Shown piece by piece: positions 22,540 to 32,033 of a stretch of DNA of 64,000 nt (the stretch's first letter is position 1; every line of letters begins with the position of its first letter). The DNA lies in contig CAKPHZ010000001.1 of NCBI GenBank assembly GCA_934162265.1, forward strand, positions 3,547-67,546, written 5' to 3'. This DNA comes from an uncultured Bacilli bacterium (lineage in GTDB: Bacteria > Bacillota_I > Bacilli_A > RF39 > UBA660). The notes under the pieces were generated by a model, which was given only the letters and a program-made list of their open reading frames with translations, did no database searches and had not been told where the DNA came from. Made by a program: the position numbers and the translations under genes.

Positions 22540-22629
22540 AATACCTCTCCTCTACTAGTAATATTATATAACAAAATATTTTAAAAATAAATAAATTTAT
22601 GTTAAAATAAGAAAAGAAGAGGTGAAGAT

Positions 22630-23565
22630 ATGCAACAAACTACAATTACTCTAAAGGTATGTGAAGAAACCAAGAGACAAATGATTGATTTTTTTACTGA
22701 TTTAAAAAGAGAAAAAACTCCTCCTTATGCTGTATTTCAAGCAAAAGATGGAGATACTGTTGTTACTTTATATGAATCAGGTAAAGCTGTTTTTCAGGGA
22801 AAAGATGCAGATTTAGCTTCAGCATTCTGGATTGAAACAGAAAAAATTCATAACGGTTCTGCGGTTACTACAGACAGCAGGGAAAAAGAGAAAAAAAAGG
22901 TGGAAAAAATTCTTCCTATTCGTATTAATTCGATTGGTTCAGATGAGGTTGGAACGGGAGATTATTTTGGTCCTATCGTTGTCACTGCTTCTTATGTTAG
23001 TAAAGAAAATATTGATTTTTTACTTGATTTAAAAGTAAAAGATTCTAAGAAGTTGAGTGATGAACAAATTATTCAAATTGTACCAAAGATAATTCAAAGA
23101 ATTCCTTACCAAACTTTTATTTTAAAAAATAAAGAATATAATCTTCGAAAAAAGGAAAATATTAATATGAATCAAATGAAAGCTATTTTACATAATAAAG
23201 TATTATATGAACTAAAGAGCAAAAATTATCCTTATCAATATATTGTTGTTGATCAGTTTGAACCAGCGGCTAGTTACTATAAACATATTCATGCTTCCAC
23301 GAAAAAAGTAAATGATATTTTCTTTTTAACGAAAGCTGAGGATCAATGTTTATCTGTTGCTTGTTCTTCTTTAATTAGTCGATATATTTTCTTAAAGGAA
23401 ATGAATTCTTTATCTAAAGAAATTGGAATGAATCTACCTAAAGGTGCTGGTCCTATGGTTGACGAGGTGGCAAAAAAAGTTGTAGAAAAATATGGAAAAG
23501 AGAAACTAGATGAGATTGCAAAATTGAATTTTAAAAATACTGATAAAATTTTATCTAATATTTAG
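22630..23565 (+). CDS. rnhC: Ribonuclease HIII
   Basis: N-terminal TBP-like domain and the RNase HII/HIII catalytic motif IGSDEVGTGDYFGPIVV; 311 aa. Confidence 0.85.
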   Translation: MQQTTITLKVCEETKRQMIDFFTDLKREKTPPYAVFQAKDGDTVVTLYESGKAVFQGKDADLASAFWIETEKIHNGSAVTTDSREKEKKKVEKILPIRINSIGSDEVGTGDYFGPIVVTASYVSKENIDFLLDLKVKDSKKLSDEQIIQIVPKIIQRIPYQTFILKNKEYNLRKKENINMNQMKAILHNKVLYELKSKNYPYQYIVVDQFEPAASYYKHIHASTKKVNDIFFLTKAEDQCLSVACSSLISRYIFLKEMNSLSKEIGMNLPKGAGPMVDEVAKKVVEKYGKEKLDEIAKLNFKNTDKILSNI

Positions 23566-23607
23566 TATAAAAAAAAAATACTTACTCATATTATTAATGG
23601 TGATACT

Positions 23608-23820
23608 ATGAATAATATCGATGTAAGGAAGTATATCATTAATAATTTTAAAGATGATTCTATTGAAGAAATAGAAAAATCTATTGATTCTTCTATTGAA
23701 TCTAAGAATGAAGATCCTTTGATTGGATTGGGAGTTTTATTTGAACTCATGTGGAATTACTCTAATAATGATACCAAAAATACAATTTTATCTAACATAA
23801 AAAAAGGCCTTACAAATTAA
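23608..23820 (+). CDS. sspI: Small acid-soluble spore protein SspI family
   Basis: The central motif PLIGLGVLFELMWNY matches the SspI core (PGLGVLFE); 70 aa. Confidence 0.6.
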   Translation: MNNIDVRKYIINNFKDDSIEEIEKSIDSSIESKNEDPLIGLGVLFELMWNYSNNDTKNTILSNIKKGLTN

Positions 23821-23822
23821 GG

Positions 23823-25019
23823 CTATTTTTTTATTCGTTTTTTGGCAATGCTTTTTTCATAATCGTAATTACCTTTTAATAAATGATAGAATTTATTCAT
23901 CTCTTCTTCTATTTCTTCTTTTACCCATGAATATTCTTCATCGTCTACAACAAAAATATCACTCATATATTCTAGTAAGTTATTTTTAATTACTTGAACT
24001 TTTTCATTATCTTGATGATAATTTATCTTTTCCCATTGACTAAGGAAATCTGTTATTGCATTTTTTTGCCTTTGAGCTGATCTTGTAGATTGATATCTCA
24101 AGATAAAGTTATCAATATCTGTCTCTTCTACTCCTAATTGATATAGTAAGGAAAGACAATATATCATCTCTTCGTTGGTTAATTCTTTTAATAATTCATT
24201 GTGGTAAAGATTATAGTATTTTCCTAGTTCTTTTCTGATTTTTTTATATTCTTTATCATTTAAGTATTTCTTTTTTGGTTCTAATTTTTCAAATGATATC
24301 TTACTTTTATTTTGTTCTTTATTTCTTTTTTGATAATTTTTATTTAAAGTTATTTCTATATATTTTAATATTTTTGTGGATACTTCCATATCTTTTAAAG
24401 AAAGAAGAATATTTTGAATATCTTGTTCATCAAAAGTATTTTGTTTTTCAAAATATGATGAAAGAATTATTGCATTACTTTGACGGAATTTAGTAATATT
24501 TGTTGCGTGTTTTTCAGAGAATGAGAAAATTTCTTCTATTTTTTCCGTTAATTCTGGATTTGTTTTTGCTTGCTCACTTAAAGGTCTCATTTCATTCTTC
24601 AAAATAAGCTCGTAGACTTCTTTTTTTGACATTGTTTTAAATTGGTGATTTTTGACATCATTTATGTTAACATAAATGGTATCTTCTTCTAAAACATTTA
24701 CCTTGATATTTCTTTGGACAAGCATAAGAATAATTGATGTACATTCTTTTGCGTTTAAACCAGATTTCTCTAACAAATCTGATAAAATTTTAAAATCCAA
24801 AAAAATATTTTCGCTAGGTTGTTCTAAATTTTTTAGTAAATTTAAAAAGCTACTAGCAATTATATATTCTTTATCTAATTGTTTTAAGGCTTTAATATAT
24901 TTTTGTGGTTTTTGTTCATCTAGTGCAAGTAGAGCTCCAGCTAAGAATCCATCATATGTTTCTTTTCTGCTCTGTTCCAAATAATTAGAAAACTTCTGTA
25001 CGGCTTTTGCTGTATTCAT
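23823..25019 (-). CDS. Hypothetical all-helical protein, about 398 aa
   Basis: Long ORF. The preferred start is MNTAKAV at 25019, which follows an AAAGGGGGAG RBS. No recognisable domain. Confidence 0.45.
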   Translation of the reverse strand: MNTAKAVQKFSNYLEQSRKETYDGFLAGALLALDEQKPQKYIKALKQLDKEYIIASSFLNLLKNLEQPSENIFLDFKILSDLLEKSGLNAKECTSIILMLVQRNIKVNVLEEDTIYVNINDVKNHQFKTMSKKEVYELILKNEMRPLSEQAKTNPELTEKIEEIFSFSEKHATNITKFRQSNAIILSSYFEKQNTFDEQDIQNILLSLKDMEVSTKILKYIEITLNKNYQKRNKEQNKSKISFEKLEPKKKYLNDKEYKKIRKELGKYYNLYHNELLKELTNEEMIYCLSLLYQLGVEETDIDNFILRYQSTRSAQRQKNAITDFLSQWEKINYHQDNEKVQVIKNNLLEYMSDIFVVDDEEYSWVKEEIEEEMNKFYHLLKGNYDYEKSIAKKRIKK

Positions 25020-25136
25020 AAAAAATCTCCCCCTTTTTCCTCTGTATTTTATCATAATCATTAAACTCTGTCAAAAAAAATTTGACCTTAAATAAAATAT
25101 AATATACAATATTATTGTTAAGGGGAGGAATGAAAG

Positions 25137-25631
25137 ATGAAACAAATCATTCAAAAAAATGAACAAGAAATCGAATTAAGATTACAAGAAATTGAAATAG
25201 AAAAAGAAAATATTAGAAAAATATATGATTATTATTTTGATGCAGAAGAAAAATTTACACCTGATAAAATTATGAATTTAATTGTTATTTTAAGTCGAAG
25301 AAATCATCAATTGATGGAAAAAATTAATTTAGAAAAAAGAAATTTTTTAAATACCTATCATATTATTAATCATAAGTATATTTCTGCTTTAAATGAGTGG
25401 ATAAATGGGAACAAGGCTAGCTATGATATATTAATTAATGAACCAAATTTTTTCTTTTTTGAAAGTGCTGTTGCTGAATTGTTAAACGAAAAGGAAGCTA
25501 ATAAATTATTGCTATCTGAGGTAAATAAAATTATAGAAGAAGAAAAATTATTGTTAAGTCAAAAGAGGGCTAATGAAAAAAGGAAAAAGAAAAGATTGCT
25601 ATTTAAACCAAAAAATGATAAAATGGAATAG
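25137..25631 (+). CDS. Hypothetical coiled-coil protein, 164 aa
   Basis: AGGGGAGG RBS upstream of the ATG; Lys/Glu-rich helical protein. Confidence 0.4.
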   Translation: MKQIIQKNEQEIELRLQEIEIEKENIRKIYDYYFDAEEKFTPDKIMNLIVILSRRNHQLMEKINLEKRNFLNTYHIINHKYISALNEWINGNKASYDILINEPNFFFFESAVAELLNEKEANKLLLSEVNKIIEEEKLLLSQKRANEKRKKKRLLFKPKNDKME

Positions 25632-25644
25632 TAAAGTTTAAAAT

Positions 25645-25721
25645 GTCCTCGTAGCACAGCTGGATAGTGCAATCGCCTCCTAAGCGATAGGTCGTGTGTT
25701 CGAATCACATCGGGGACGCCA
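25645..25721 (+). tRNA. tRNA-Arg (anticodon CCT)
   Basis: 77-nt cloverleaf: 7-bp acceptor stem GTCCTCG/CGGGGAC, anticodon loop CTCCTAA, T-loop TTCGAAT, and an encoded CCA end. Confidence 0.85.
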
Positions 25722-25776
25722 TTTTGAATTTTATTATTTTGTTTAGTTATTTTTTGTGAATAATATCAATCTCTTG

Positions 25777-25808
25777 AACCTTATATTTTAATATGAGGTT
25801 TTTTATTT
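25777..25808 (+). terminator. Rho-independent terminator (possibly bidirectional)
   Basis: aaccttata / tatgaggtt forms a 9-bp stem with one G-U pair, followed by TTTTTTATTT. Confidence 0.55.
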
Positions 25809-25864
25809 GTCGTTCAAAAGGACCATCAGAAATAAGTGATGATCCTTTGTGTTGCTATTCGACT

Positions 25865-27124
25865 TTATATTCCTTTTTTTCCTTTATTGTGCTTTGATCT
25901 TTGATATTGATCTTCAAACTCAAGTGCTTCTGGACTTCCCCAGCAAAATTTTTCATGTTCTACTAATTTTTGATAATCTTCCTCTTTATATAAATAATCT
26001 GTATCTAAAATAACAATATCTCCTGGTTTTAATGTTTCTTCTTCTAAAGTATTTTGAATTCCTCGATTTTCATTATCTAATGATATATTTTTATTCCAAT
26101 GAATTTTATTTTCTTTTAAAAGAACACCTAAATTTTGTGATTTAATATCAGCAAAAACAATACCCCTTTCTCTAAGTGAAACATAAAATTCATATAAATC
26201 CTCCTTTGAAATAAAAATACTTGTATCTACATTTTCCATTACTTCGATAGTTGTTTCAAGATTTGATATTTTGGATAAATCAATTCGAATAATTGGTTGT
26301 AAAATAGTTTTATCATAAGGAATGTTATAACTTCTTCTTTTTTTGCCAATTTTTATTATTTTACTCCCTATTTTTATTACTTCTGAGTAAGCTCCTCCTC
26401 CTATATGTTTTATATCTTTATATTCTAAATTTTCATGATTTAATATTTCTTCAATTAAATCTAGTACTAAATCAGTTAAATTTTCTAGTTCTGTTTCCTT
26501 ATTTTCTTTTGGATTTACATCTACTTTTTCTGTCTTGGTGTATTCTATTTTTTCGGTTGTTTCATTTCCAAAATTTTTTATTATTGTATTTGATTTCTGT
26601 TTATTTGGAAAAAATAAGAACTCTATGTATTCTTTTTTGTTTTCTATCAAAAATTGATTTATTATATCCTGATTTTTTTCTTTGAAAAAATTTGTCCTTT
26701 TTTTTATTAGCTTCTTATCTAATCCGTTTCCTGTTAATAAAGTAAAAATATATTCATTTGGAATATTTCCTAATATTATTTCTAAATTATCATTAAAGTA
26801 TCGTTTATTGTTTAAATAATTCATTCTTAATAATTCTTTAAATTCTCCTAGAGTTTTGCATTTTTGAATTAATAATAAATAATTATCTTTAATTGTTTGT
26901 CTTATTTCTTTATCTTGATACAGTACATTTACCATAGGAATTAAATCTGTATCACTACATTCTCCTATTAAAGTAGTATAATTTCTTCTTAATAATTCAG
27001 TAACTGGAACGTGTTGTAAAAAACTTACTTTATCATTTTTATATAAATCTGAAACCCATTTTGGGGTAACAGATTTTAAATGTATTGCTTTTTGAAGCTC
27101 TAATTCAAATTTTTTTGCATTCAT
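25865..27124 (-). CDS. Hypothetical protein with a C-terminal protein-kinase-like fold
   Basis: Kinase-like elements are a glycine loop IGGGAYSEV, a Lys in IIKIGKK, a catalytic-loop-like ADIKSQNLGV (D-x-K-x-x-N) and a DFG-like ILDTDY. The N-terminal ~230 aa are helical. The start at 27124 has an RBS. Confidence 0.45.
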   Translation of the reverse strand: MNAKKFELELQKAIHLKSVTPKWVSDLYKNDKVSFLQHVPVTELLRRNYTTLIGECSDTDLIPMVNVLYQDKEIRQTIKDNYLLLIQKCKTLGEFKELLRMNYLNNKRYFNDNLEIILGNIPNEYIFTLLTGNGLDKKLIKKRTNFFKEKNQDIINQFLIENKKEYIEFLFFPNKQKSNTIIKNFGNETTEKIEYTKTEKVDVNPKENKETELENLTDLVLDLIEEILNHENLEYKDIKHIGGGAYSEVIKIGSKIIKIGKKRRSYNIPYDKTILQPIIRIDLSKISNLETTIEVMENVDTSIFISKEDLYEFYVSLRERGIVFADIKSQNLGVLLKENKIHWNKNISLDNENRGIQNTLEEETLKPGDIVILDTDYLYKEEDYQKLVEHEKFCWGSPEALEFEDQYQRSKHNKGKKGI

Positions 27125-27168
27125 AATTCTTTTTCCTTTCATGAAAATACTGATTCAGTATTTTTCTC

Positions 27169-29352
27169 TTATAATCTGCTTGGATCTATGTCAATTTCTA
27201 GTGATACTTTGCTATTGCCTTTATAGTGTGTATCTAAGTTTAATAAAGTACTTTTTAATCTATCATCCTTTTTATATTTTATAATACATTGTTGGTAATA
27301 AACATTATCTATTCTAAAGATATTTGCCATAGCAGGGCCTAATATGTAAGTGGTGGGACTTAGATTTTTTCGTAGATAATCCCCTACTTTTTTTGCTTCT
27401 TGGAAACTTAATTCATAATCTTTTGTAGAAATTCTAATTAAAATAATATAATAGTAAGGACTATAATTTAGTTGTTTTCTTATTTTCATTTCTTCTTGAT
27501 AAAAAGCTAAATAATTTTGCTCTTTGGCTAAGGTAATGCTATAATGATTGTTGTTATAAGTTTGAATGACAACTTCTCCTGATATCTCTCCTCTTCCTGC
27601 TCTTCCTGATACTTGGCAGAGTAATTGAAAAGTTCTTTCACTACTTCTAAAGTCTGGTATATTTAAACTGGCATCTGCGTTCATTACTCCTACTAAAGAT
27701 ACTTTAGGAAAATCTAATCCTTTAGCAATCATTTGGGTTCCTACTAAAATATCATATTTTTCTTCTCCAAAGTCTTTGATAATTTTTTGATGAGCACCTT
27801 TTTTGGAAGTTGTATCCATATCCATTCGAATGATTCTAGCCTCTTTAAAATCGTGATGTAACTCTTCTTCTAGTTTTTGAGTACCTATTCCAAAATCTTT
27901 CATATTATGGCTGTGACATTTTGGACATTCTTCTACTTTTGATGAGGCATAGCCACAATAGTGGCATCTTAACATATTACTTGTTTTATGATAGGTTAGG
28001 CTAATATCACAATTTGGACATTTTATTACTTCACCGCAATTTCCACAACTTGATACTGAGCTATATCCTCTTCTATTTAAAAGTAAAATAATTTGTTCTT
28101 TCTTTGCTAGTTTTTCTTTCATTTTTTGAAATAATAATTCAGAAAAAATAAAATGTCCTTTTTTTACTTCTTCTTTCATATTGGTAATATATACTTTTGG
28201 GAGTTGTCCATTTCCAGCCCTTTTGGTTAAGGTTAAGAGTTCATAGACTTTCTTCTGTGCTCGAGCCATACTTTCTAAGGAAGGAGTGGCACTTCCTAAT
28301 ACTATAGGAGCATGATGATACTGTCCTCTTAAAATTGCAACATCTCTGGCGTGATATCTTGGATGATTATCTTGTTTATAAGTAGAAGAATGTTCTTCAT
28401 CTATAATGATTATTCCGATATTTTTAAGGGGGGCAAATATTGCACTTCTTGCTCCAACAACAATATGTACTTCTCCATTTTTTATTTTTCGATATTCATC
28501 ATATTTTTCTCCCTCGCTTAATCCAGAATGAAGAATAGCGACATCTTGTCCAAATCTTAAAATAAATCTTTCTACAATTTGAGGAGTTAAACTAATTTCT
28601 GGTACGAGCATAATCGCGGTTTTTCCTTGTTCAATTACACCTTTTATTATATTCATATAAACTTCTGTTTTTCCTGCTCCTGTTACTCCATATAATAAAA
28701 ATATTTTTTCTTGATTTAATGAAGATAATACTTTTGATACGGCTTTTTGTTGTTCCTCATTTAAAATAACTTTTTTATCGGTTTTATCCGTTTCATATTG
28801 ATAGCGATAACTTTCTCTTGTTTCTAAATGACATATTCCTTTTTTTAGAATTGTTTTGATACTGCTATCTTGTCTTGTGATTAATAATTCTTTTTTTACT
28901 AAAAAGTTTTCTAGAACTTTTTTTTGTCCTTCATAGCGACATTTTTTTAAGTAATTGGATAAATCTTCTTTGCTCCAATCTAAGATAAGATAATGGTTCA
29001 TTTTTTTCTTAATTTCTGTCTTATTGCTTGCTTTTAATGCTTTGGGAAGCATAGCTTGATAAATGGAAATTCTTGAACATAATATTTTATTGGCAATAAT
29101 TTTTCCTAGCCATAACATTTCTTCATTTAAAATAGGTGTTTCATCTACTAATTCTTCTATTTCCTTTAATTCATAGTCTTCTTCTAATTGATTAGTAATT
29201 TCTATGACAAACCCCTCTAGTTTTTGATATCCAAAAGGGACTTTTACTCTGGATCCTATCTTTATTTTTGATATCATATTACTAGGAATTTGATAGGTAA
29301 ACATTTTATCTACTGCTTTTGCTGTAATTTCTACAATTACCTTTGCATACAT
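27169..29352 (-). CDS. priA: Primosomal protein N' (PriA helicase)
   Basis: Walker A motif GVTGAGKTEVY, a DEEH box and a Cys4 zinc-finger cluster (CGNCGEVIKCPNCD...CHYCG); 727 aa. Confidence 0.9.
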   Translation of the reverse strand: MYAKVIVEITAKAVDKMFTYQIPSNMISKIKIGSRVKVPFGYQKLEGFVIEITNQLEEDYELKEIEELVDETPILNEEMLWLGKIIANKILCSRISIYQAMLPKALKASNKTEIKKKMNHYLILDWSKEDLSNYLKKCRYEGQKKVLENFLVKKELLITRQDSSIKTILKKGICHLETRESYRYQYETDKTDKKVILNEEQQKAVSKVLSSLNQEKIFLLYGVTGAGKTEVYMNIIKGVIEQGKTAIMLVPEISLTPQIVERFILRFGQDVAILHSGLSEGEKYDEYRKIKNGEVHIVVGARSAIFAPLKNIGIIIIDEEHSSTYKQDNHPRYHARDVAILRGQYHHAPIVLGSATPSLESMARAQKKVYELLTLTKRAGNGQLPKVYITNMKEEVKKGHFIFSELLFQKMKEKLAKKEQIILLLNRRGYSSVSSCGNCGEVIKCPNCDISLTYHKTSNMLRCHYCGYASSKVEECPKCHSHNMKDFGIGTQKLEEELHHDFKEARIIRMDMDTTSKKGAHQKIIKDFGEEKYDILVGTQMIAKGLDFPKVSLVGVMNADASLNIPDFRSSERTFQLLCQVSGRAGRGEISGEVVIQTYNNNHYSITLAKEQNYLAFYQEEMKIRKQLNYSPYYYIILIRISTKDYELSFQEAKKVGDYLRKNLSPTTYILGPAMANIFRIDNVYYQQCIIKYKKDDRLKSTLLNLDTHYKGNSKVSLEIDIDPSRL

Positions 29353-29679
29353 CTTATCACCACACTTTTTGTTTTCTATGATATTTAATAATATTTTTTT
29401 ACTATTCTTAGACCGATACTATTTGTTCATCCATGATAAGCAAATTTATATGATAAATTCTTAGATAAATTCTAAAAATTCTTTTATATTATTATACCTC
29501 TATTTCTCTTTGCTTCTCAATAAGTTAACTAACTTTCTTTCTTTTTTTATTTATAACTATTAGTAAATTTATAGTCGTTTAGAGAATAAATTGCTACGGA
29601 AATGATTATAGATTAGTGTTTTAAAGAAGAAAAAGATAAAATAGCTAGTCGACTAATCTATTCATAACTTTCGGTCCTT

Positions 29680-29796
29680 TTAGCTCGCCTTCGAACTTCA
29701 ACACCTGGAATGCCGATGCGAACGGCTATAACGTCAATCCTTCTGGAATGCTTAATCATTGGGGGTGGACTTCGAATTCGATCGGCGTGCGCCCAG
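29680..29796 (+). repeat. DGR template repeat (TR), 117 bp
   Basis: GC-rich (about 52%) block in an otherwise ~27% GC intergenic region. Aligned without gaps to the reverse complement of 32111-32227, it shows 18 mismatches, and all 18 are adenines in this copy (18 of 26 TR adenines). All 91 non-A positions are identical. The 3' segment tcgatcggcgtgcgcccag is identical in both copies, like an initiation-of-mutagenic-homing (IMH) region. The TR is in frame with the VR and carries 8 AAY codons. Confidence 0.88.
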
Positions 29797-30084
29797 ATTC
29801 CTACTATAATTAGTAAATTACTAATACCACCGAGAATAATTGATCATGGTTGATTATGAGAAGAAGTAATAGCCTAGTTTTAGGCTATAATCTATATATA
29901 GATTGGAAACAAGATTAGTCAGTAAGGAAATAATCCTTAAGTATATAATATAGACGTAATAAAACGGTAGTTTTTGTTACTATTGCTATATTGAAGTTTT
30001 ATCTATTAAATGATAGATAGAACTTTTTCTTATTAAATTTTGTTCTATTCATTGAATAAAATTAATAGGAAAAGAAAGGAAAAA

Positions 30085-30495
30085 ATGACTTTAAAAGATG
30101 AATATCAAAAATTGAAACAAAAATATCCTAAAAAAATCATTCTTATTCAATCTGGAACCTTTTATGTTACTTTCTTTCAAGATGCTGAAATTCTTAATTA
30201 TCTTTTTTCTTATCAAATCCATGACGATAAAGTTGGCTTTCCTATTAAAATGAAAGATAAAATTTTATTTAATTTAAGAAATGAGAAGCTCAATTATTTA
30301 GTGCTAGATAAAGAAAAACGAGAGTTTTCTTTTGATGATAATGATATTTTCTCGTATGAGGAGATATTAAAAATTTCTTCTCAATATGCAAAACAATCTA
30401 GTGATACGCAAGAGCTGTTGGATAGAATAAAGTCTTTGATTGAGATTAATCCTAACTATTATGTTAAAATAAAGGAATTTATTGATGAACTCTAA
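30085..30495 (+). CDS. DGR accessory protein with MutS N-terminal mismatch-binding domain (MutS-I)-like fold (MSL-type)
   Basis: The segment TLKDEYQKLKQKYPKKIILIQSGTFYVTFFQDAE aligns with the MutS domain I consensus [35 protein letters not shown]. The mismatch-intercalating Phe is conserved (GTFY) but the Glu is replaced by Val. The start at 30085 has a GAAAGGA RBS. Confidence 0.6.
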   Translation: MTLKDEYQKLKQKYPKKIILIQSGTFYVTFFQDAEILNYLFSYQIHDDKVGFPIKMKDKILFNLRNEKLNYLVLDKEKREFSFDDNDIFSYEEILKISSQYAKQSSDTQELLDRIKSLIEINPNYYVKIKEFIDEL

Positions 30496-30823
30496 TTTTC
30501 AGTTATTACAAAAAACAGAGAAAACTATTCAATACATTCAAAAATTTTTACAAAATTATCCTAAAAAGGAATATATTTTAAAAGGAAATATAGAAAAAAA
30601 TACTTATTCGTTAATTGAATTGATTTTTTCGTATCAAATTAATCATACTGAACGTATTCGTCAAAAATACTTAAAGGATTTTTTAATTCAGTTATCTATG
30701 TTAAATTTTTATATGGAAATTAGTTTTAATAAAAAATATATTAGTACAAGGCAATATGAAGTGATTGGTAAATTTTTAATTGAAATTAGAAAAATTACTT
30801 ACGGAATTTTAAAAAGTGAATAA
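30485..30823 (+). CDS. avd: Accessory variability determinant (Avd)-like four-helix-bundle protein
   Basis: About 112-aa helical protein immediately upstream of and overlapping the RT start. Its size, position and YP-K/R pattern fit Avd (a 23S rRNA intervening-sequence-protein-like four-helix bundle). Confidence 0.6.
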   Translation: MNSNFQLLQKTEKTIQYIQKFLQNYPKKEYILKGNIEKNTYSLIELIFSYQINHTERIRQKYLKDFLIQLSMLNFYMEISFNKKYISTRQYEVIGKFLIEIRKITYGILKSE

Positions 30824-31939
30824 TCAATTCAATTACCAAACAATTCTAACGATTAAAAATTTACAAATTATTTATCATCAAATAAAATTAAATAGTAGAC
30901 ATAAAGAAAAATTTTTAAATTATGAATTATTTTTAACCTCAAATTTATTTACTATTTTTTTTATTTTAAAATCAAAAAAATATCATCACTCTTGCTATAA
31001 TATTTTCTTAATTGTTGATCCAAAATTTAGAATTATTATGAGTGAAAATATTAATGATAAAATTGTTAATCATTTTATTAGTCAATACTTGTTATTCCCA
31101 ACGTTAGAACCAAAAATGATTCCTATGAGTGTTGCTACTAGAAGAGGTAAAGGGACAGATTTAGGCATTCGTTATATAAAAAAATATATTCATTCATTAA
31201 AAGAAAAATATGATACGTTTTTTTTTTGAAATGTGATGTTCATAAATTTTTTTATTCTATTGATCATCAATGTTTAATTCATAAATTAGAAAAAATTTAT
31301 GAAAATAAAGATACAATGACCCTATTAACAGAAATTATTAATAGTACTAATCAGCCGTATATTAATCAAAAAATCAATTTAGAAATTGAAAAAATTAAAA
31401 AAAATATTTTAGCTTCTCACTCTTCTTTGAAAGAAAAAGAAAGAAAGATAAAAGAATTAAAACGATTACCACGATATGAATCAGGAAAAGGATTACCAAT
31501 AGGAAATATGAGTAGCCAAATATTAGCAACCTTTTATTTAAATGATATTGATCATTATATCAAAGAAAAATTACATATTAAGTATTATGTGCGCTACATG
31601 GATGATTTTATTTTATTTCACCCTAATAAAGAATATTTAAAGTTTTGCTTAAAAGAAATTGATGCTAAATTAAAAGAAATAAAATTACATTTAAATAATA
31701 AAACACAATTAGCAGACATACATCAAGGATTTAATTTTTTAGGATATCGCTTTTTATTAAAAGAAAAAAAATTAATTACAAAAATAAATAAAAAAACAAA
31801 AAGAAAAATATATCATCGTTGTAAAAATAAATCTCTTAAAGAAAAACAAAGTATATTAAAAAACTATAAGGGAGTATTTAAATATGCAGATGTTAATGGA
31901 TATATTTTTCATTTACAATTTCAAAAAAAGAAAAAATAA
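30816..31939 (+). CDS. DGR reverse transcriptase (reading frame interrupted by a -1 frame change at the T10 tract 31218-31227)
   Basis: RT motifs appear in order across two ORFs: motif 1 IVDPKFRII...DKIVNHFI and the SVATRRGKG region (30816-31229 frame), then motif 2 CDVHKFFYSIDHQ, motif 3 GLPIGNMSSQILATFYLNDID (the DGR-specific IGxxxSQ), YVRYMDDFILF (YxDD) and FNFLGYRF (31226-31939 frame). An eleventh T, or a -1 ribosomal slip on T TTT TTT next to TGA, fuses the two frames. Confidence 0.85.
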
Positions 31940-32033
31940 TTTTTCAATTATTTGGTATATGTAGTAGGAATATCAACCAAAAATTGCCCACAAAATGATG
32001 AGTCATTTTGTGGGTTTTCTTTCTTTTCGATGA

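Noticed and set aside
29680-29796. A GC-rich block in an AT-rich intergenic region, considered as a structured ncRNA, riboswitch or rRNA fragment.
   Set aside because: It aligns at full length to the 3' end of the gene at 32034-34283, with differences only at adenines. It is a DGR template repeat, not an independent RNA gene.
30816-31939. Two adjacent ORFs that could be annotated as separate small proteins.
   Set aside because: RT motifs 1 through 7 run collinearly across the pair, so it is a single RT gene with a frame break at a T10 tract.
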